63,136 bases of DNA, filler included, from Octopus bimaculoides (GCF_001194135.2; 8 parts of 7 records of this genome joined end to end with filler, not necessarily neighbours in it); one strand, 5' to 3'; counted from the whole stretch's first letter, positions 1-14,102 are shown. Program-made: numbers and translations. Notes: a model not told the origin generated them from the sequence alone.

Positions 1-249
1 TATATATATATATATATGAGTGTGTGTGCGTGTATGAGTGTGTATGTCTGTGTTTATCGTCTCCCACTATCGCTTGACAACCGATGCTGGTGTGTTTACA
101 TCCCCCGTAACTTAGCTGTTCGGCAAAGTGAACGATAGAATATATACTAGGCTTACAAAGAATAAGTCCTGGGGTCGATTTGTTCGACTAAAGGCGCTGC
201 TCTAGCATGGCCGCAGTCAACTGACTGAAACAAGTAAAAGAATAAAAGA

Positions 250-757
250 ATACACACACACATGCACACACATATATATACACACACATGTATGTAGATA
301 TATACATATGCGTGCCTGTATGTATCTATGTAGATATATACATATATACATTCAGGCAGGCATGCATATATATATATATGCATACATACATACATACATA
401 CATACATACATACATACTTACATACATACTTACATACATACATACATATATATGTACGTACGTACAACTATGGTGCTCATATTGTACCCTGACATTTGGA
501 AGGCTATTTAGGTCATTCTTCAGGTTTTGCACGAACCCCTCAGCTCCTTGATCCGTGACGTAACTTGTAAATTATTTAATGTCCATACATTCATATACAC
601 GGATAATACTACATCAGTAACTCAGTTGCTGACATGTTCGTTCAAACGGTATTAAAAAGCTGAAGACTCATTGGAGTAACATCTCAGCTGTCATGAAATT
701 GTTTATATATTGACTCCTATGTCTCCTGTTTGTGTGATACCATAGATAGATAGATGG

Positions 758-788
<31 letters not shown>

Positions 789-793
789 GATAT

Positions 794-835
<42 letters not shown>
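250..835. repeat. compound microsatellites (AC/AT/ATAC at 250-465; ATAG at 745-835)
   Basis: Direct inspection. Confidence 0.9.
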
Positions 836-1252
836 GTGTAGCTATCTTTCTGTTGTCTCAGCCCATTTACAGTAGTGAAAAAAAAATCGCCACACTTTGA
901 CCAGTTTTCAAGATAGCTCCAACGGTTTATCTGGCTTTAGAGCTTAGAGAAATTGAAAATTGTGTCATTTCATCTCATGTGGTATATAAAATGTATGTGA
1001 TTATAGCTTTTTCTTTCATAGTATTCAAGCTCCGGTTATTTCTTGCAACATTTCTCTTTCCATCCATACACACATAAATACTTCCATCCATCCATATATA
1101 CATACATACATACAGATATATGTGTGGGTGTGTATGTGTGTGTCCGATATACATTCATTTGGCAATAAGTATATATCTACATATATATATTCACTGCCGG
1201 TGCCCCAGCATGGCCACAGCCTTAGACCTGAAATGTATTAAAGAATAAAAGA

Positions 1253-1293
<41 letters not shown>

Positions 1294-1601
1294 NNNNNNN
1301 NNNNNNNNNNNNNNNNNNNNNNNNNNNNNNNNNNNNNNNNNNNNNNNNNNNNNNNNNNNNNNNNNNNNNNNNNNNNNNNNNNNNNNNNNNNNNNNNNNNN
1401 NNNNNNNNNNNNNNNNNNNNNNNNNNNNNNNNNNNNNNNNNNNNNNNNNNNNNNNNNNNNNNNNNNNNNNNNNNNNNNNNNNNNNNNNNNNNNNNNNNNN
1501 NNNNNNNNNNNNNNNNNNNNNNNNNNNNNNNNNNNNNNNNNNNNNNNNNNNNNNNNNNNNNNNNNNNNNNNNNNNNNNNNNNNNNNNNNNNNNNNNNNNN
1601 N

Positions 1602-1639
<38 letters not shown>

Positions 1640-3199
1640 CTTCTCTCTCTCTCTCTCTTCCCTCTCTCTCTCTCTCTCGCTCTTTTTCTCTATCCACCAC
1701 TCTCTCTCCCCCTCTCTTTCTTTCTCTCTCGGCCTGTGGATAAATTGTCCTGCCTTTCTCTCAACTTTTTTCTATCTCCCTATCTCATCTGCTCTCTTTC
1801 AGAATCTGCCTCGTTGTTCTAGGATAAGTGTCGAAATGGATCACACGGAGCGGCATATCGATTGTTTCTGTATGAGAAAAGCTTACTCGCTCATCGATCA
1901 ACACTTCTCAATTTTTAGAGAAATTTAGAAAATTGGAGCGCTGATTAAATGGACAGATCAATGTAGAATAGAGAACTGAACGGAAATAAAGATATTTGTC
2001 GGCAAATATTACGGGTCAGGTTAATAATTCATCTCTTTATTCCATGAAATATTATTCTTAATTAGAATGCCATCTCTTTGACCGAGTCTTATGGCATAAA
2101 AAAAAATGCTAAATTAATCCTAAAATATCTTACAGCTCACCTGTGCCATCAATATTCCCGTATAATTAAGGGAAAAACCTGATAAAATATCACAGAAAAT
2201 CACTTTTTATTACCGTGACAAAATTTTGATTTAGTTAAATTCTGGATGACTCTTACTAAGAGGGTTTTTTTTAGTTTTTGGTTTTCATTTTACTTTTGTT
2301 TGTTTCTTTTTTCTTTTACTTCTTTCTGCGAGTGTCTTTGTTATATTTAAAATTAAAATACACCTAAAATATTTAGAAATATAAAAATCAGCGTGATTCT
2401 TTAATTCACGAATGAAAATGGTGATTTTCAAAAGTAGAATCTTAATGAGAGTTGATTTCATTTGATTCACTTGCCTTAATTAGTAAGGAAGAGCTCAATC
2501 TAGCATAAAAACATCTTGCTGTCTTAATGAACCGACCGAAGGTTAGAGGCTGAGGGGTGGGGTAGTCATGCCCAACATAATAAGGCACTGACAGGACTTA
2601 ATATATTCCACTATCCATCCTCTATTTATTTGTTTGCTTGTTTGTTTTTGTCTCTGAGTAACGTAATAGTTCGCTTTGCACTTGCCATTTCCTATCAGTC
2701 CATCGTTCGTAAATCATCGTTTATGCAACCTTCAGGTCGTAAAGACCTCATTTTGAAAATGGTTGCGTGAAACTCTAACGGAGATTAGATGAAGAAAATT
2801 AAGTGAAAAGTGGGGAGAAATTGAGAAAATAAACAACGGAAATATGAAGAATTGTATGAGAGAGAAGGAGACAGAGAGAGAGGAGAGCGAGAGAGAGATG
2901 GAGAAGAAGGAGAAGACACAATGAGAGGCAGTGTAATTGTATGTTTATAATTATATGTGTAGTTAATCTCATAATCGCATATTATAGTGAATTTCCTATT
3001 ATTGTTGTTGTTGTTGTCGTGGCGTACGTCCTGTTGTTATTCTTGTTGCCAGTGATGCTGCTCTCTTTTAGCTCCCAGTTATCTCTGAAGCAACACTATT
3101 TATCATGTTGTTGTTGTTTTCGTTATTGTTTATCCTTTTATTATTGTTACTGTTGCTGTTCTTGTTCTTGTTAATGGTGGTAGTGTTACTTTTGCAATA

Positions 3200-3445
3200 G
3201 AGGCGCGTGGCTTAGTGGTTAGAGTTGTTGGGCTCATGATCGTAGGATCGTGGTTTCGATTCCTGGACCGGGCGATGCGTTGTCCTCTTGAGCAAAACAC
3301 TTCATTTTACGTTTCTCCAGTCCACGCAGCAGGCAAGAATGAGTTATCCTGCGACGGACTGGCGTCCCATCCAGGTGGGTAATTATAAACCATGGAAATC
3401 GGGAAACCGGCCATTATGAGTCAGCATAATACAGGAAAGAAACCC
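3200..3445 (+). mobile_element. SINE family C (tRNA-like head, CORE-like ttgagcaaaacactt motif, cctgcgacggactggcgtcccatccagg body)
   Basis: A box TGGCTTAGTGG and B box GTTTCGATTCC. Other copies at 53590-53840(+), 32076-32250(+), 25560-25680(-) and 25905-26000(-, head). Confidence 0.85.
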
Positions 3446-4035
3446 TTTACCTTTTTTTTAAAATTTTCCTCTTGTTCCACTGCTGTTATTATTGTTGCCA
3501 TTGATGTGGTGTTACTGATGAGGTGGTGATACCGTTACTGCTGCTGCTGCAGCTGTAGTTTAAATCTCGGTCGGACGTGAACCAGCAAATCAGTTACCCA
3601 AAACAATCTAACCGTGACTATCCCGTCTTTTTCCTACGTGCAGTAAACACCGAGTTTATACAAAATGTGTCCTTTCTAAGATGGTGGGATGTTATATGAG
3701 GGATACTTGGCCTTTATTTCTATCTGGTTGGGCGACGAATGTGTTGTAATTCTCATTGTTTAACCCTATGTCATTCATGATCAAGTACACTTATAATCAG
3801 AAGCGTTCCGTACATGGCCACCTCGTCTTGTTTTATTCAAATTATCCCCCAGTGTATTATTTATCTACTAAAACTTCAATCCATGACATAACGGAGACTT
3901 GGCTGCTAATTCAACTGATCTAGTAACTGCTTAGAGGATCTTTTGTTGCAGATTTCATTGTTCATGTTCATCCCGTATTATATTTTTGTTGCTTTTTGTT
4001 TTGTTTCTTGTTGCTTTTTGTTCTTTGTATTTCAG

Positions 4036-4138
4036 GCACTATATTGCCTTATGTACCTTGCTTTCGATTCCAGCCTTGCCCACCAAAGCTGCCATCGAAA
4101 CTGCCACGGATTTTATAAAACAAAACATCTTGTTTTAA
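4036..4138 (+). CDS. candidate terminal coding exon of an unidentified gene
   Basis: Strong acceptor (about 50-nt T-rich tract, tgtatttcag|G). The phase-2 frame gives HYIALCTLLSIPALPTKAAIETATDFIKQNILF*, which is protein-like with an amphipathic C-terminal helix. No family recognised with certainty. Confidence 0.5.
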
Positions 4139-5185
4139 AGTAATCTAAAGTAAGACGTTCCAAAGCAATTTCTCGTTATGTCCCCCAAACCAGCTTGATG
4201 AGTTATTTATCAAATCCTTCATTATTTTCAAAATAATTTGAAACAACCAAAATTAATTCCACTAAAAAGAACTAAACAAATATTGGGGATTATTTACCAA
4301 ATTCTTCAGAACTCTTTTAATACAAAACCGACCGAGGTTACCTCCAATTTCTGTGAGAAAATCTTTTTTTTAAATGAGATTTAACTTCAAAGATTCCATC
4401 AAAATTTTGTACTGATTATGTTTCAAACACCAACTTAAAATTGACAGCTATTTTACTAAATTTTTCAATAATATTCTTTGATTATTTTATTTGTTTCAAT
4501 CATTCGACTGCAGCCATGTTGGAGCATTACCTTTAGTAGAACAAATCGACCCTAGGACTTATTCTTTGTAATACTAATACTTATCCTATCTTTCTCTTTT
4601 GGCGAGCCGCTAAGTTACGGAGACGTAAATACACCAACATTGGTTTACAAGCGATGGTAGGGGACAAACACAGACGCGCACACTCATATATGTATGTATA
4701 TNNNNNNNNNNNNNNNNNNNNNNNNNNNNNNNNNNNNNNNNNNNNNNNNNNNNNNNNNNNNNNNNNNNNNNNNNNNNNNNNNNNNNNNNNNNNNNNNNNN
4801 NNNNNNNNNNNNNNNNNNNNNNNNNNNNNNNNNNNNNNNNNNNNNNNNNNNNNNNNNNNNNNNNNNNNNNNNNNNNNNNNNNNNNNNNNNNNNNNNNNNN
4901 NNNNNNNNNNNNNNNNNNNNNNNNNNNNNNNNNNNNNNNNNNNNNNNNNNNNNNNNNNNNNNNNNNNNNNNNNNNNNNNNNNNNNNNNNNNNNNNNNNNN
5001 NNNNNNNNNNNNNNNNNNNNNNNNNNNNNNNNNNNNNNNNNNNNNNNNNNNNNNNNNNNNNNNNNNNNNNNNNNNNNNNNNNNNNNNNNNNNNNNNNNNN
5101 NNNNNNNNNNNNNNNNNNNNNNNNNNNNNNNNNNNNNNNNNNNNNNNNNNNNNNNNNNNNNNNNNNNNNNNNNNNNNNNNNNNNN

Positions 5186-5243
<58 letters not shown>

Positions 5244-7114
5244 ATTTTCATAGTTCGTTGGTGTATTAAAGAAACTCTGGAAAAAGGGCTGTTGTCAGTA
5301 ATGTAACTAAAGCGTGGAAAGCTCTGGGCTTTATTTAATCTGTTATGTAAGTGTGAGTGTGTAAGAGGGAAACAAATAGGGGTAGTGCATCATAGAGAGT
5401 GGCAGTAAGAATGCAAATCAGTGTGTATAAATATATATACGTGCGATTCTTGTGGTCTTAAATATGTTTCACTATGTGGGAAATAGTGAGAAAAACACAG
5501 TGAGAGAAATGAGAGGGAGAGAGTAACACAGAGACAGAGATGGTGTGAGAATAAGACAGAAAGAGGAAAACAGAAACGCAGAGACCGTGTGGCAAAGAGT
5601 AAAGGAGAAGAAATACACACACACACACGCACATGTACATTTATCTCTCTATGCATATGTATGTATGTATGTATTATGTATGTATGTANNNNNNNNNNNN
5701 NNNNNNNNNNNNNNNNNNNNNNNNNNNNNNNNNNNNNNNNNNNNNNNNNNNNNNNNNNNNNNNNNNNNNNNNNNNNNNNNNNNNNNNNNNNNNNNNNNNN
5801 NNNNNNNNNNNNNNNNNNNNNNNNNNNNNNNNNNNNNNNNNNNNNNNNNNNNNNNNNNNNNNNNNNNNNNNNNNNNNNNNNNNNNNNNNNNNNNNNNNNN
5901 NNNNNNNNNNNNNNNNNNNNNNNNNNNNNNNNNNNNNNNNNNNNNNNNNNNNNNNNNNNNNNNNNNNNNNNNNNNNNNNNNNNNNNNNNNNNNNNNNNNN
6001 NNNNNNNNNNNNNNNNNNNNNNNNNNNNNNNNNNNNNNNNNNNNNNNNNNNNNNNNNNNNNNNNNNNNNNNNNNNNNNNNNNNNNNATATATATATATAT
6101 ATATATACACTTATATATGTATACATGTATGTACCTACGTATGTATGTATGTATGTATGTATGCATGTATGTATGTATGTATGTATCTATCTATCTGTGT
6201 ATCTATGTATCTATGCATGTATGTACGTACGGAGGTATACAGGTATATATGCATGCATGTATGTAAGTATGTATGTATTTATGATAAGAGCCTTTTAGAA
6301 TCGGTAATGAAATTTAGTCGGGCAGCCAAAGTATTTTTACTTCTTCTTAAGACAGCAGAAGCTCGTTGTTAAAACCATTTTTGTGGCGCTACAAACTCAG
6401 CAGTAATGGTCACCAGCTTACGTGACTTTAATTCTAATTGTCATCTGGAATACTAACAGTAGTAATAATAAGAATGCTAATAACAACGGTAGAATAATAA
6501 TAATCATCATCATCTTCATCATCATCATTATCATCTCTATCAATAATAATAACAGTAGCAACAACGACAGCAACAACAACAACTGCAACAACAATGTTAA
6601 TTTGGCCACCATTCGCTTGCTTTTTATCTCAGATCTTAATCTTACTAGTGTAGTATCCGTCTGTCTATCAATGTAATATTTTCTTTTCAGTTCCTTGTTT
6701 TCTCATGGTTTTCTAAATTATGCCGCGTTGAACATTCTTCTTTGTTTAAAACATTTCTACTGAAGAATTTTTACCATTTTCTTCGCTGCAGCTTCTTATC
6801 ACACTGATGAGCCGTTATTGATTTTTAATTTTGACTTTTCGAGTGTTTTGCCAGCCGGGGCTTATGTTGATATTTTATGCCATTGTGTATCTTGGTGTTC
6901 TGTGAGCATTTCGAGAAAAGACATTCTCAGAAAAGCATCCTCTATTCATTGTTCATGACCATTTTAAATGACCACCCTCCCTTTCTTGAATGTTTTAAAA
7001 AATACCTCTCCTTGCTTCCCAACCACACGGTTCCCTTTTCAATCCCACTGCGCAGCACCCTGGACAAGAGTCTTCTGCTGTAGCCTCGAACTGACCAAAG
7101 CCTTCTGTGTGGTT

Positions 7115-7475
7115 GAATACCATTATGAATAACAGTGGCTCCATGACAGTGGGACACCACTCATTGTTTGTGCTTCCTAGGAAGTTGTCCCGACTTCTAT
7201 CATTTAGAAAATCAGGCAGACACCCTCCAACATTTCCAACTATGCCGAGATTACGCACCTTGTAACATAACATACCATGGTCAACAGGCTTTTGTGAAGT
7301 CGAGATATATCACGTCCATATATGAGTTGTTGGGCAGTCGTAGTACTGCAAGAGTTGTGTCAGACAGTTTCACGTGTTGCGTGTCAGTAAGCAAATCATT
7401 GTGTACAAGAAATGCAATTAGTTTCCTTCGGATTATTTGTTTCATAAGTGTGCTGATGCGAGAGGTCACGGAAAG
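7115..7475 (-). mobile_element. CR1/L2-type LINE reverse-transcriptase fragment
   Basis: TSRISTLMKQIIRRKLIAFLVHNDLLTDTQH...DVIYLDFTKA...KVRNLGIVG...SGVP..TVMEPLLFI; degenerate RT subdomains. Confidence 0.85.
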
Positions 7476-7821
7476 AGGGTATTAACTTTTAACGTCCGCT
7501 ATGTATATGTATCACGTTCACGTCTCGAGCCCGTCTCGTTTTGGCATGTATTGGTCTCATTCCCGGCAAGTTTCTTGCCGATCCCTTCAGAGTGGAACCA
7601 GTCGTATCGATAATGAGTAAAATTACGTTCGACCCTCCGGCCGATAACTGATACGGAGTTGCTGACCTTCTGTGTTTGTTGTTCACCTTTGTATTTAGTA
7701 TATGCTCACTTGTTTATTTATTACAGGGTTTTTTTCTCAATTATATATATACATATATGTATAGGTTGTCATATTTTCTATCTGTTTTTTATTTAATCAT
7801 ATACATGTATATGTGTATCTT

Positions 7822-7883
<62 letters not shown>

Positions 7884-9234
7884 TGTATATGTACATATGT
7901 ATATGTGTGTGTATATATATGCGCATATATGTATATGTGTGTGTGAGGGTGTGTGTATGTGTATGCGTGTCTTATATAATGTATGTACTTGGACGCACAT
8001 ACATAGTAGGCTCTCTCGTCGAAGACAACGGCAGAGCGTTGAGCTTTTACCGAACTACCTGCACAAATGATTTGTTTATAGGGACGAAATGTTCGTGCCA
8101 CGCATCATCTCCCTCATTCTATCAAATCGACGTTGTCTAAGCAGGTGCACTGCGTGCGACGCGTCACGTGTCGATGTGATTGCATGGCAGAGTGAGATGA
8201 AGAAACCACGATCTCGCGATTAAGAACAAATGGTATATATATAATATTAATTAAAACATTAGAAATATTAAAAAATTAAAAATAATAATAAAATATATAC
8301 TGTCCTTCCTATAAATTGTAAAATTAATCCTTCTCAAATTTGTAAAGTTAATATTTCTAATGTTTTAATTAATATTATATATGTATACCATTGGTTCTTA
8401 ATTCAACTCCGAAGAGCGGAATTACTGATAGTAAGCTGATCTTTTGATCACTTTGTGATTATAGTAATATCCGCGAAACGATCGTCTGATGTTTAACTCT
8501 TTAAATTTTAGGTTTTTTTATATTTTATATTTTAGACTTTACAATATTCATGCTTAATTACGCATAAATTTTTATACGCATTTATATTCACACGTATATT
8601 TATCTACATTCATATTNNNNNNNNNNNNNNNNNNNNNNNNNNNNNNNNNNNNNNNNNNNNNNNNNNNNNNNNNNNNNNNNNNNNNNNNNNNNNNNNNNNN
8701 NNNNNNNNNNNNNNNNNNNNNNNNNNNNNNNNNNNNNNNNNNNNNNNNNNNNNNNNNNNNNNNNNNNNNNNNNNNNNNNNNNNNNNNNNNNNNNNNNNNN
8801 NNNNNNNNNNNNNNNNNNNNNNNNNNNNNNNNNNNNNNNNNNNNNNNNNNNNNNNNNNNNNNNNNNNNNNNNNNNNNNNNNNNNNNNNNNNNNNNNNNNN
8901 NNNNNNNNNNNNNNNNNNNNNNNNNNNNNNNNNNNNNNNNNNNNNNNNNNNNNNNNNNNNNNNNNNNNNNNNNNNNNNNNNNNNNNNNNNNNNNNNNNNN
9001 NNNNNNNNNNNNNNNNNNNNNNNNNNNNNNNNNNNNNNNNNNNNNNNNNNNNNNNNNNNNNNNNNNNNNNNNNNNNNNNNNNNNNNNNNNNNNNNNNNNN
9101 NNNNNNNNNNNNNNNNNNNNNNNNNNNNNNNNNNNNNNNNNNNNNNNNNNNNNNNNNNNNNNNNNNNNNNNNNNNNNNNNNNNNNNNNNNNNNNNNNNNN
9201 NNNNNNNNNNNNNNNNNNNNNNNNNNNNNNNNNN

Positions 9235-9532
9235 GCCGATCAAAGCCTTGTGAGTAGATTTGGTAGACGGAAGCTGAAAAGAAGCCCGTCGTATATATGT
9301 ATGTATATATATGTATGTGTGTGTATATGTTTGTGTGTCTGTGTTTGTGCCCCCAGCATCGCTTGACAACCGATGCTGGTGTGTTTAAGTCCACGTAACT
9401 TAGCAGTTCGGTAAAAGAGAAAGAAAGAATAAGTACTAGGCTTAGAAAGAATAAGTCGTGGGGTCGATTTGTTCGACTAAAGACGGTGCCCCAGCATGGC
9501 CACAGTTAAATGACTGAAACAAGTAAAAGAGT
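9235..9532 (+). mobile_element. SINE family A copy (head lost in gap)
   Basis: aaagccttgtgagtagatttggtagacgg...gaaacaagtaaaagag. Further partial copies (approximate): 40-250(+), 4483-4700(-), 7010-7110(+), 12720-12870(-), 14578-14646(+), 19705-19860(+), 31600-31855(+), 34170-34460(+), 35270-35490(+), 35885-36240(+), 36618-36735(+), 37152-37260(+), 38860-39140(-), 40886-41120(+). Confidence 0.85.
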
Positions 9533-9866
9533 ATATATCTACATATATACACACACACATATATATATATATATAATATACAAGTATACATGTACTTATA
9601 TATATATGCGTGTGTGTGTATAATTATATACATGTATGTAGATATATATGTATGTTTTCAAATGTGTGTATGTATGTATAATTTTGAATTGACTAAAAGT
9701 ATTTGGTTGTTTATTTTCATCTAATTTAAGATGCTAAAAGCAATGATGAATCAGTACTCATAACTTATAGAAGCCTTCCTACACGATTTAGAACTTTAGA
9801 CATAAACACACAGACACTCACAGACACACTCACATTCAAACACACACTCGCACACANNNNNNNNNN

Positions 9867-9902
<36 letters not shown>

Positions 9903-10301
9903 GAAAATATGAATACATGTATATATGTATGATACGCGTGTGCATAGATGGATTTATGAAAGTATGTGTGTGTGTATATGTGTAATATTTGGACTATGTG
10001 TGTATGTATGTCTGTATGCGTTTGTGTGTCAAGAACCGCATAGAAGCAGAAATTACTATGAATAGATAAGGTTTGTTGTTTACGTTAATAATCTTTTGAT
10101 TACTCTCATGAAACCTAACAGTTTAAGTTTGGTTTCTTTGTTGTTTTGTTTTTGTTGTTACTGCTGGTTAGCCCCAGGGTCAATGCTAATATACACTCAC
10201 ACACACATATATATATAATATTTAATACATAATATATAATATATAATATGCACACACATATATACATATAGAGAGATGGACAAACAGACAGAAGGACAGA
10301 C

Positions 10302-10362
<61 letters not shown>

Positions 10363-10559
10363 CAATTATATACATATATATATATATATATATACATACA
10401 TATTTGTATATATCTATCGAGGTAGCTAGCTATCTTTCTATTTATCTTTCTTTCTACCTTTCTCTGCCTTTATTATTTATGTACGTATGTGTATGTTTAT
10501 TATGTATTACATATTATATATATTATATATATACAAGAGTAAGATAGATAGATAGATAG

Positions 10560-10613
<54 letters not shown>

Positions 10614-11994
10614 TCTCTCTCACAATAACTCGATTTGCTTCATCTGCTGTCTTATCTTACAACTTACAATAAAGAAGAAAGCACCAAGCACCTTCTCTTT
10701 CGACTTGGGACAATTCCCGACAAATTTCAAAAATCTCTTTCTAATTTCACTATTGCAATATCAACTAAATAGATTAGTAGACTTCTCTATCCATAAACCC
10801 CTCGATGAGATGGTCACGTCCAGGATGTTTCTGAACAGATGTATTGCTGAGCAAGTCTAATCAACCCTTACTCTTTTAGCTGATCAGTTTGTTATTAGTA
10901 GCTTCGTTGAAATTACTGTTTATACAGCCAGAGAAGTACGATTTTACACGCCATTGGTGTTGTGGCCAAATGCTTAAGTCGTTAACTTCGCAAAGAAAAG
11001 GTTATGAGGTTCGACTCCATGGCATGGCGACTTTACCAAGAGCCTTGAGTTGATTCAAATTTTACGAGGAGAAATAAAGTGATTAAATTGTATGAAATCC
11101 TTTTTATGGCTTATAAAGTTAATACAAAGGTCCAGATTTGGTTCGATTCCAAGCATGGGCGATGCGCTTTGCTTTTGAAGACGGCGTTTTATTTCCCGAT
11201 CTCCAGTCTATTCGGCTATAATAAGTACCACCCATGGTGCTGGTACAGCCCTTTTTTCCTTCCAGTTGTCATATCCTGTCTGTTCCTCTCGGTCAAGATT
11301 GAAGGAGGATAGTAAAACATCGTTTATATTTGCAGGCCACTAAATATACACTTAAAAATTTAACGAAATCCCGGAACCATTTACCGAGACATGCTTGCTG
11401 TGGACTGCTAAGACTACATACGGTGCTATTTAATGAGTCGTTTTAATTTATGGCTGGCATTTCATGCGTATGTCATAACCATGAGATGACAAATGTTAAT
11501 TTGATTTTAAATTTGAACATCCTCTCTGATCCCAAACCGTTAATTTTTTCGCAATTGATATTTTATTTTCTTGCTTTTCTTGACCAATAACGTCGTTGTT
11601 TAAAGATCCTCAACGAACCAACCAGTGGCTCATTTATATCAAACCCCTACCGTTCGTGAGGGGAAATGAATACATTGAAATAATTGTTTACCTGAATTCA
11701 TACAATGTTTGCAGAAAAAAAAAAGACTGAATTTTCATGGTAGGAACGACGCTTGATCATGGCTATTTTTAATCAGAGCTGAAACTGAAGCATAATATTT
11801 GAGGTAAAGTTTCATATCAACACCTTCGAGTCTCTACGTGATCGTTTAACTGCTAGAAATATCAGCCAGATCCTTCAAATCGGATCATATTGATTACATG
11901 GCTGTTCCATTCTATGTCATCTGGGGATACATATCATCAACACCTGCAGATCTCACTAGAAGGTTAAGATGCAAGTAAAGAGCCAACATCTTAG

Positions 11995-12650
11995 TTTAGC
12001 ACAAGCTAATCGTATGCTGCGTTTAGGCCACATCGTTGAAATGACGGGCACAAGACGGTATGGTCTTGGTTCTTCCTATTTTCAAGAATAGAGGCAAGCA
12101 GCTACCAAGTAAAAGGGAACAATATCTTGGATGACAGCAGTAAGATGAAGTGTTGAGAAGTTTGTACCCCAGAGAGCCTGAATCAAATGGTATGTCTCCA
12201 AGATGAAGAACTTATGGAGACCTGTGGAGACTATTAGCCTTCTACATTTCTTTTTGGCTGCGAGCGGTGTATGCGTCATTCTCATCGCCAACAAATGTAT
12301 ATAGGTGGAGAATAAGGGAGAACAAGTCATGTAGGTTTCTGCAGAGAGTGGCATTTTCGTGCACATCTTGTTAAGGTGTAAAACAGTACTTACCTAAGAG
12401 AGATGCAGGTGACATGACAAGTTGCTCATAGCACTCGGTGAAACCCTGGGCCAAGACAAAGACAAGTAGCGTCAAACAAAACAGAAAATGAGACTATCGA
12501 CGACATTCAAGACAGAGGGAGTAAAGCCATTTCCCACATAATGAACAACAAAGAATTTTCTACAAAATTATAATCATGGGAAGCAGCGGTAGTTTGTCTA
12601 GATCGACCTTAAGGCCAGATGCAATTCGTGGACCTGAGAGGTCAAGAACC
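11995..12650 (+). mobile_element. degenerate restriction-like-endonuclease (Hero/R2-like) non-LTR retrotransposon C-terminal fragment
   Basis: Frameshifted segments LGHIVEMTGTRRYGLGSSYF, AVYASFSSPTNVYRWRIRENKSCRF(C), ESGIFVHILLRCKTVLT*ERCR*HDKLL (CCHC knuckle with RWRHD-like motif) and TLRPDAI (RPD of the RLE). Confidence 0.75.
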
Positions 12651-14102
12651 TGATTGCTGATCCAGCTTACAACCCAAATCAAGGAATTTCTGGTGTTAAA
12701 AGATCTTAATTTTTATTTTTATCTTTTATTCTTTAATCACTTCAATCATTGGTGTGCAGTCAGGCTGGAATACTGCAGTCAGGGGTTTTTCATTGATTCA
12801 TATCGAATCCAGTATTTATTTCCGTCTAGTTCTTATTGTATCGATCTCTTTTCGTCTAATGGCTAACTTAGGCTTTTTGAGATAACATCTGGCGAGCAGA
12901 AATACTAAGAAGAACATGCATNNNNNNNNNNNNNNNNNNNNNNNNNNNNNNNNNNNNNNNNNNNNTTAATTAATTAANNNNNNNNNNNNNNNNNNNNNNN
13001 NNNNNNNNNNNNNNNNNNNNNACAACATCGAAAAATACCTTAGGAATGAGAACCCAGATTCGAAATTTACCAAGATATCTGACGAATAATTGTAATAATG
13101 TACATAATTCCTCATCTCTTAAATATAGAACTGTGGGTTATATGTATTTCTTATTACTTTCTATAAATTCTTATTATTTTGTTTTCTTATTTTGATATCC
13201 TTACCTATTAACCTCTTATCCAGTATAAATTGTTACTTTTCTTGTTATTAAATAGATATTTTTCAGTTAATTAAATCTATGCGATGTTAATATAAGCATA
13301 TAAATATTTGTGTATGTGTATGTGTGCATGTGTGCACATATATAAATGTGTGCGCATCTGTACACATCTTTATTTTTTTCTGATTCATGGCTTAAAATTA
13401 ATATATAGATATCATGTTTATCTTTCCAATTATTCCATAAACAAATACCCCAAGCACTCTTTATAGAAGCCAACTAATAAGTAATTAATTAAGTACATGA
13501 ATAAATATTAAACTGATTCTATTTAATCTTTATTTTTAATGTGTATAATTGATATATACATACATTTTACCTATTTTGCTTATGATGTAAATTTTGGAAA
13601 TCTTAAATTCTATTTTTTTATACAACATAACAATATTTCCTCTGTATGAACATCTTAGTTTCGTAGCGTCTTTCTCCTTTAACTGGTAAATAACATCATG
13701 ATTTAAAGTCTTCCACTACCCAGCCTCTTTTTATAGACTGTTACTTTATATCCAGTTGACTAATCCTAATGACTTCTTTCCTCCCTGAGGAAAAGAGATA
13801 CATATGCCAATATTTATGACCCTACCTAGCCATGAGCTATCAACTCACTTCTGTCCTCTATTCAAAATAGACACAGTCCTCTAGTATTAGATTTAGTAGT
13901 TGATAAAGAGATAAATGAATTAGAAATGAATTACAATTCTTTACAACACTATGACCTGACCACAATAGGCTTTATGCAATTCTCGAAAGTGTAGTCTATT
14001 CTTGACATGAATTTCTTCCATCTTCTTGCTCTGTTGAAATATTTGAGAAAAATTATATCAATGTGTCCGACTGATTAAAATTCTATTTATTTATTTGTGC
14101 AG

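Noticed and set aside
153-551. ORFs rich in YI/CV/HT repeats here and throughout the ORF track, and long ORFs running through X
   Set aside because: Translations of dinucleotide and tetranucleotide microsatellites or of N gaps; no coding evidence.
10955-11030. tRNA-like sequence, and the tRNA-like heads of SINE families A, B and C
   Set aside because: No complete cloverleaf; these are degenerate or typical SINE heads rather than functional tRNA genes.
12966-12977. TTAATTAATTAA recurring seven times, resembling a regular palindromic element
   Set aside because: Always centred in exactly 44 N + 12 + 44 N and encoding stops in six frames: an assembly spacer, not biology.
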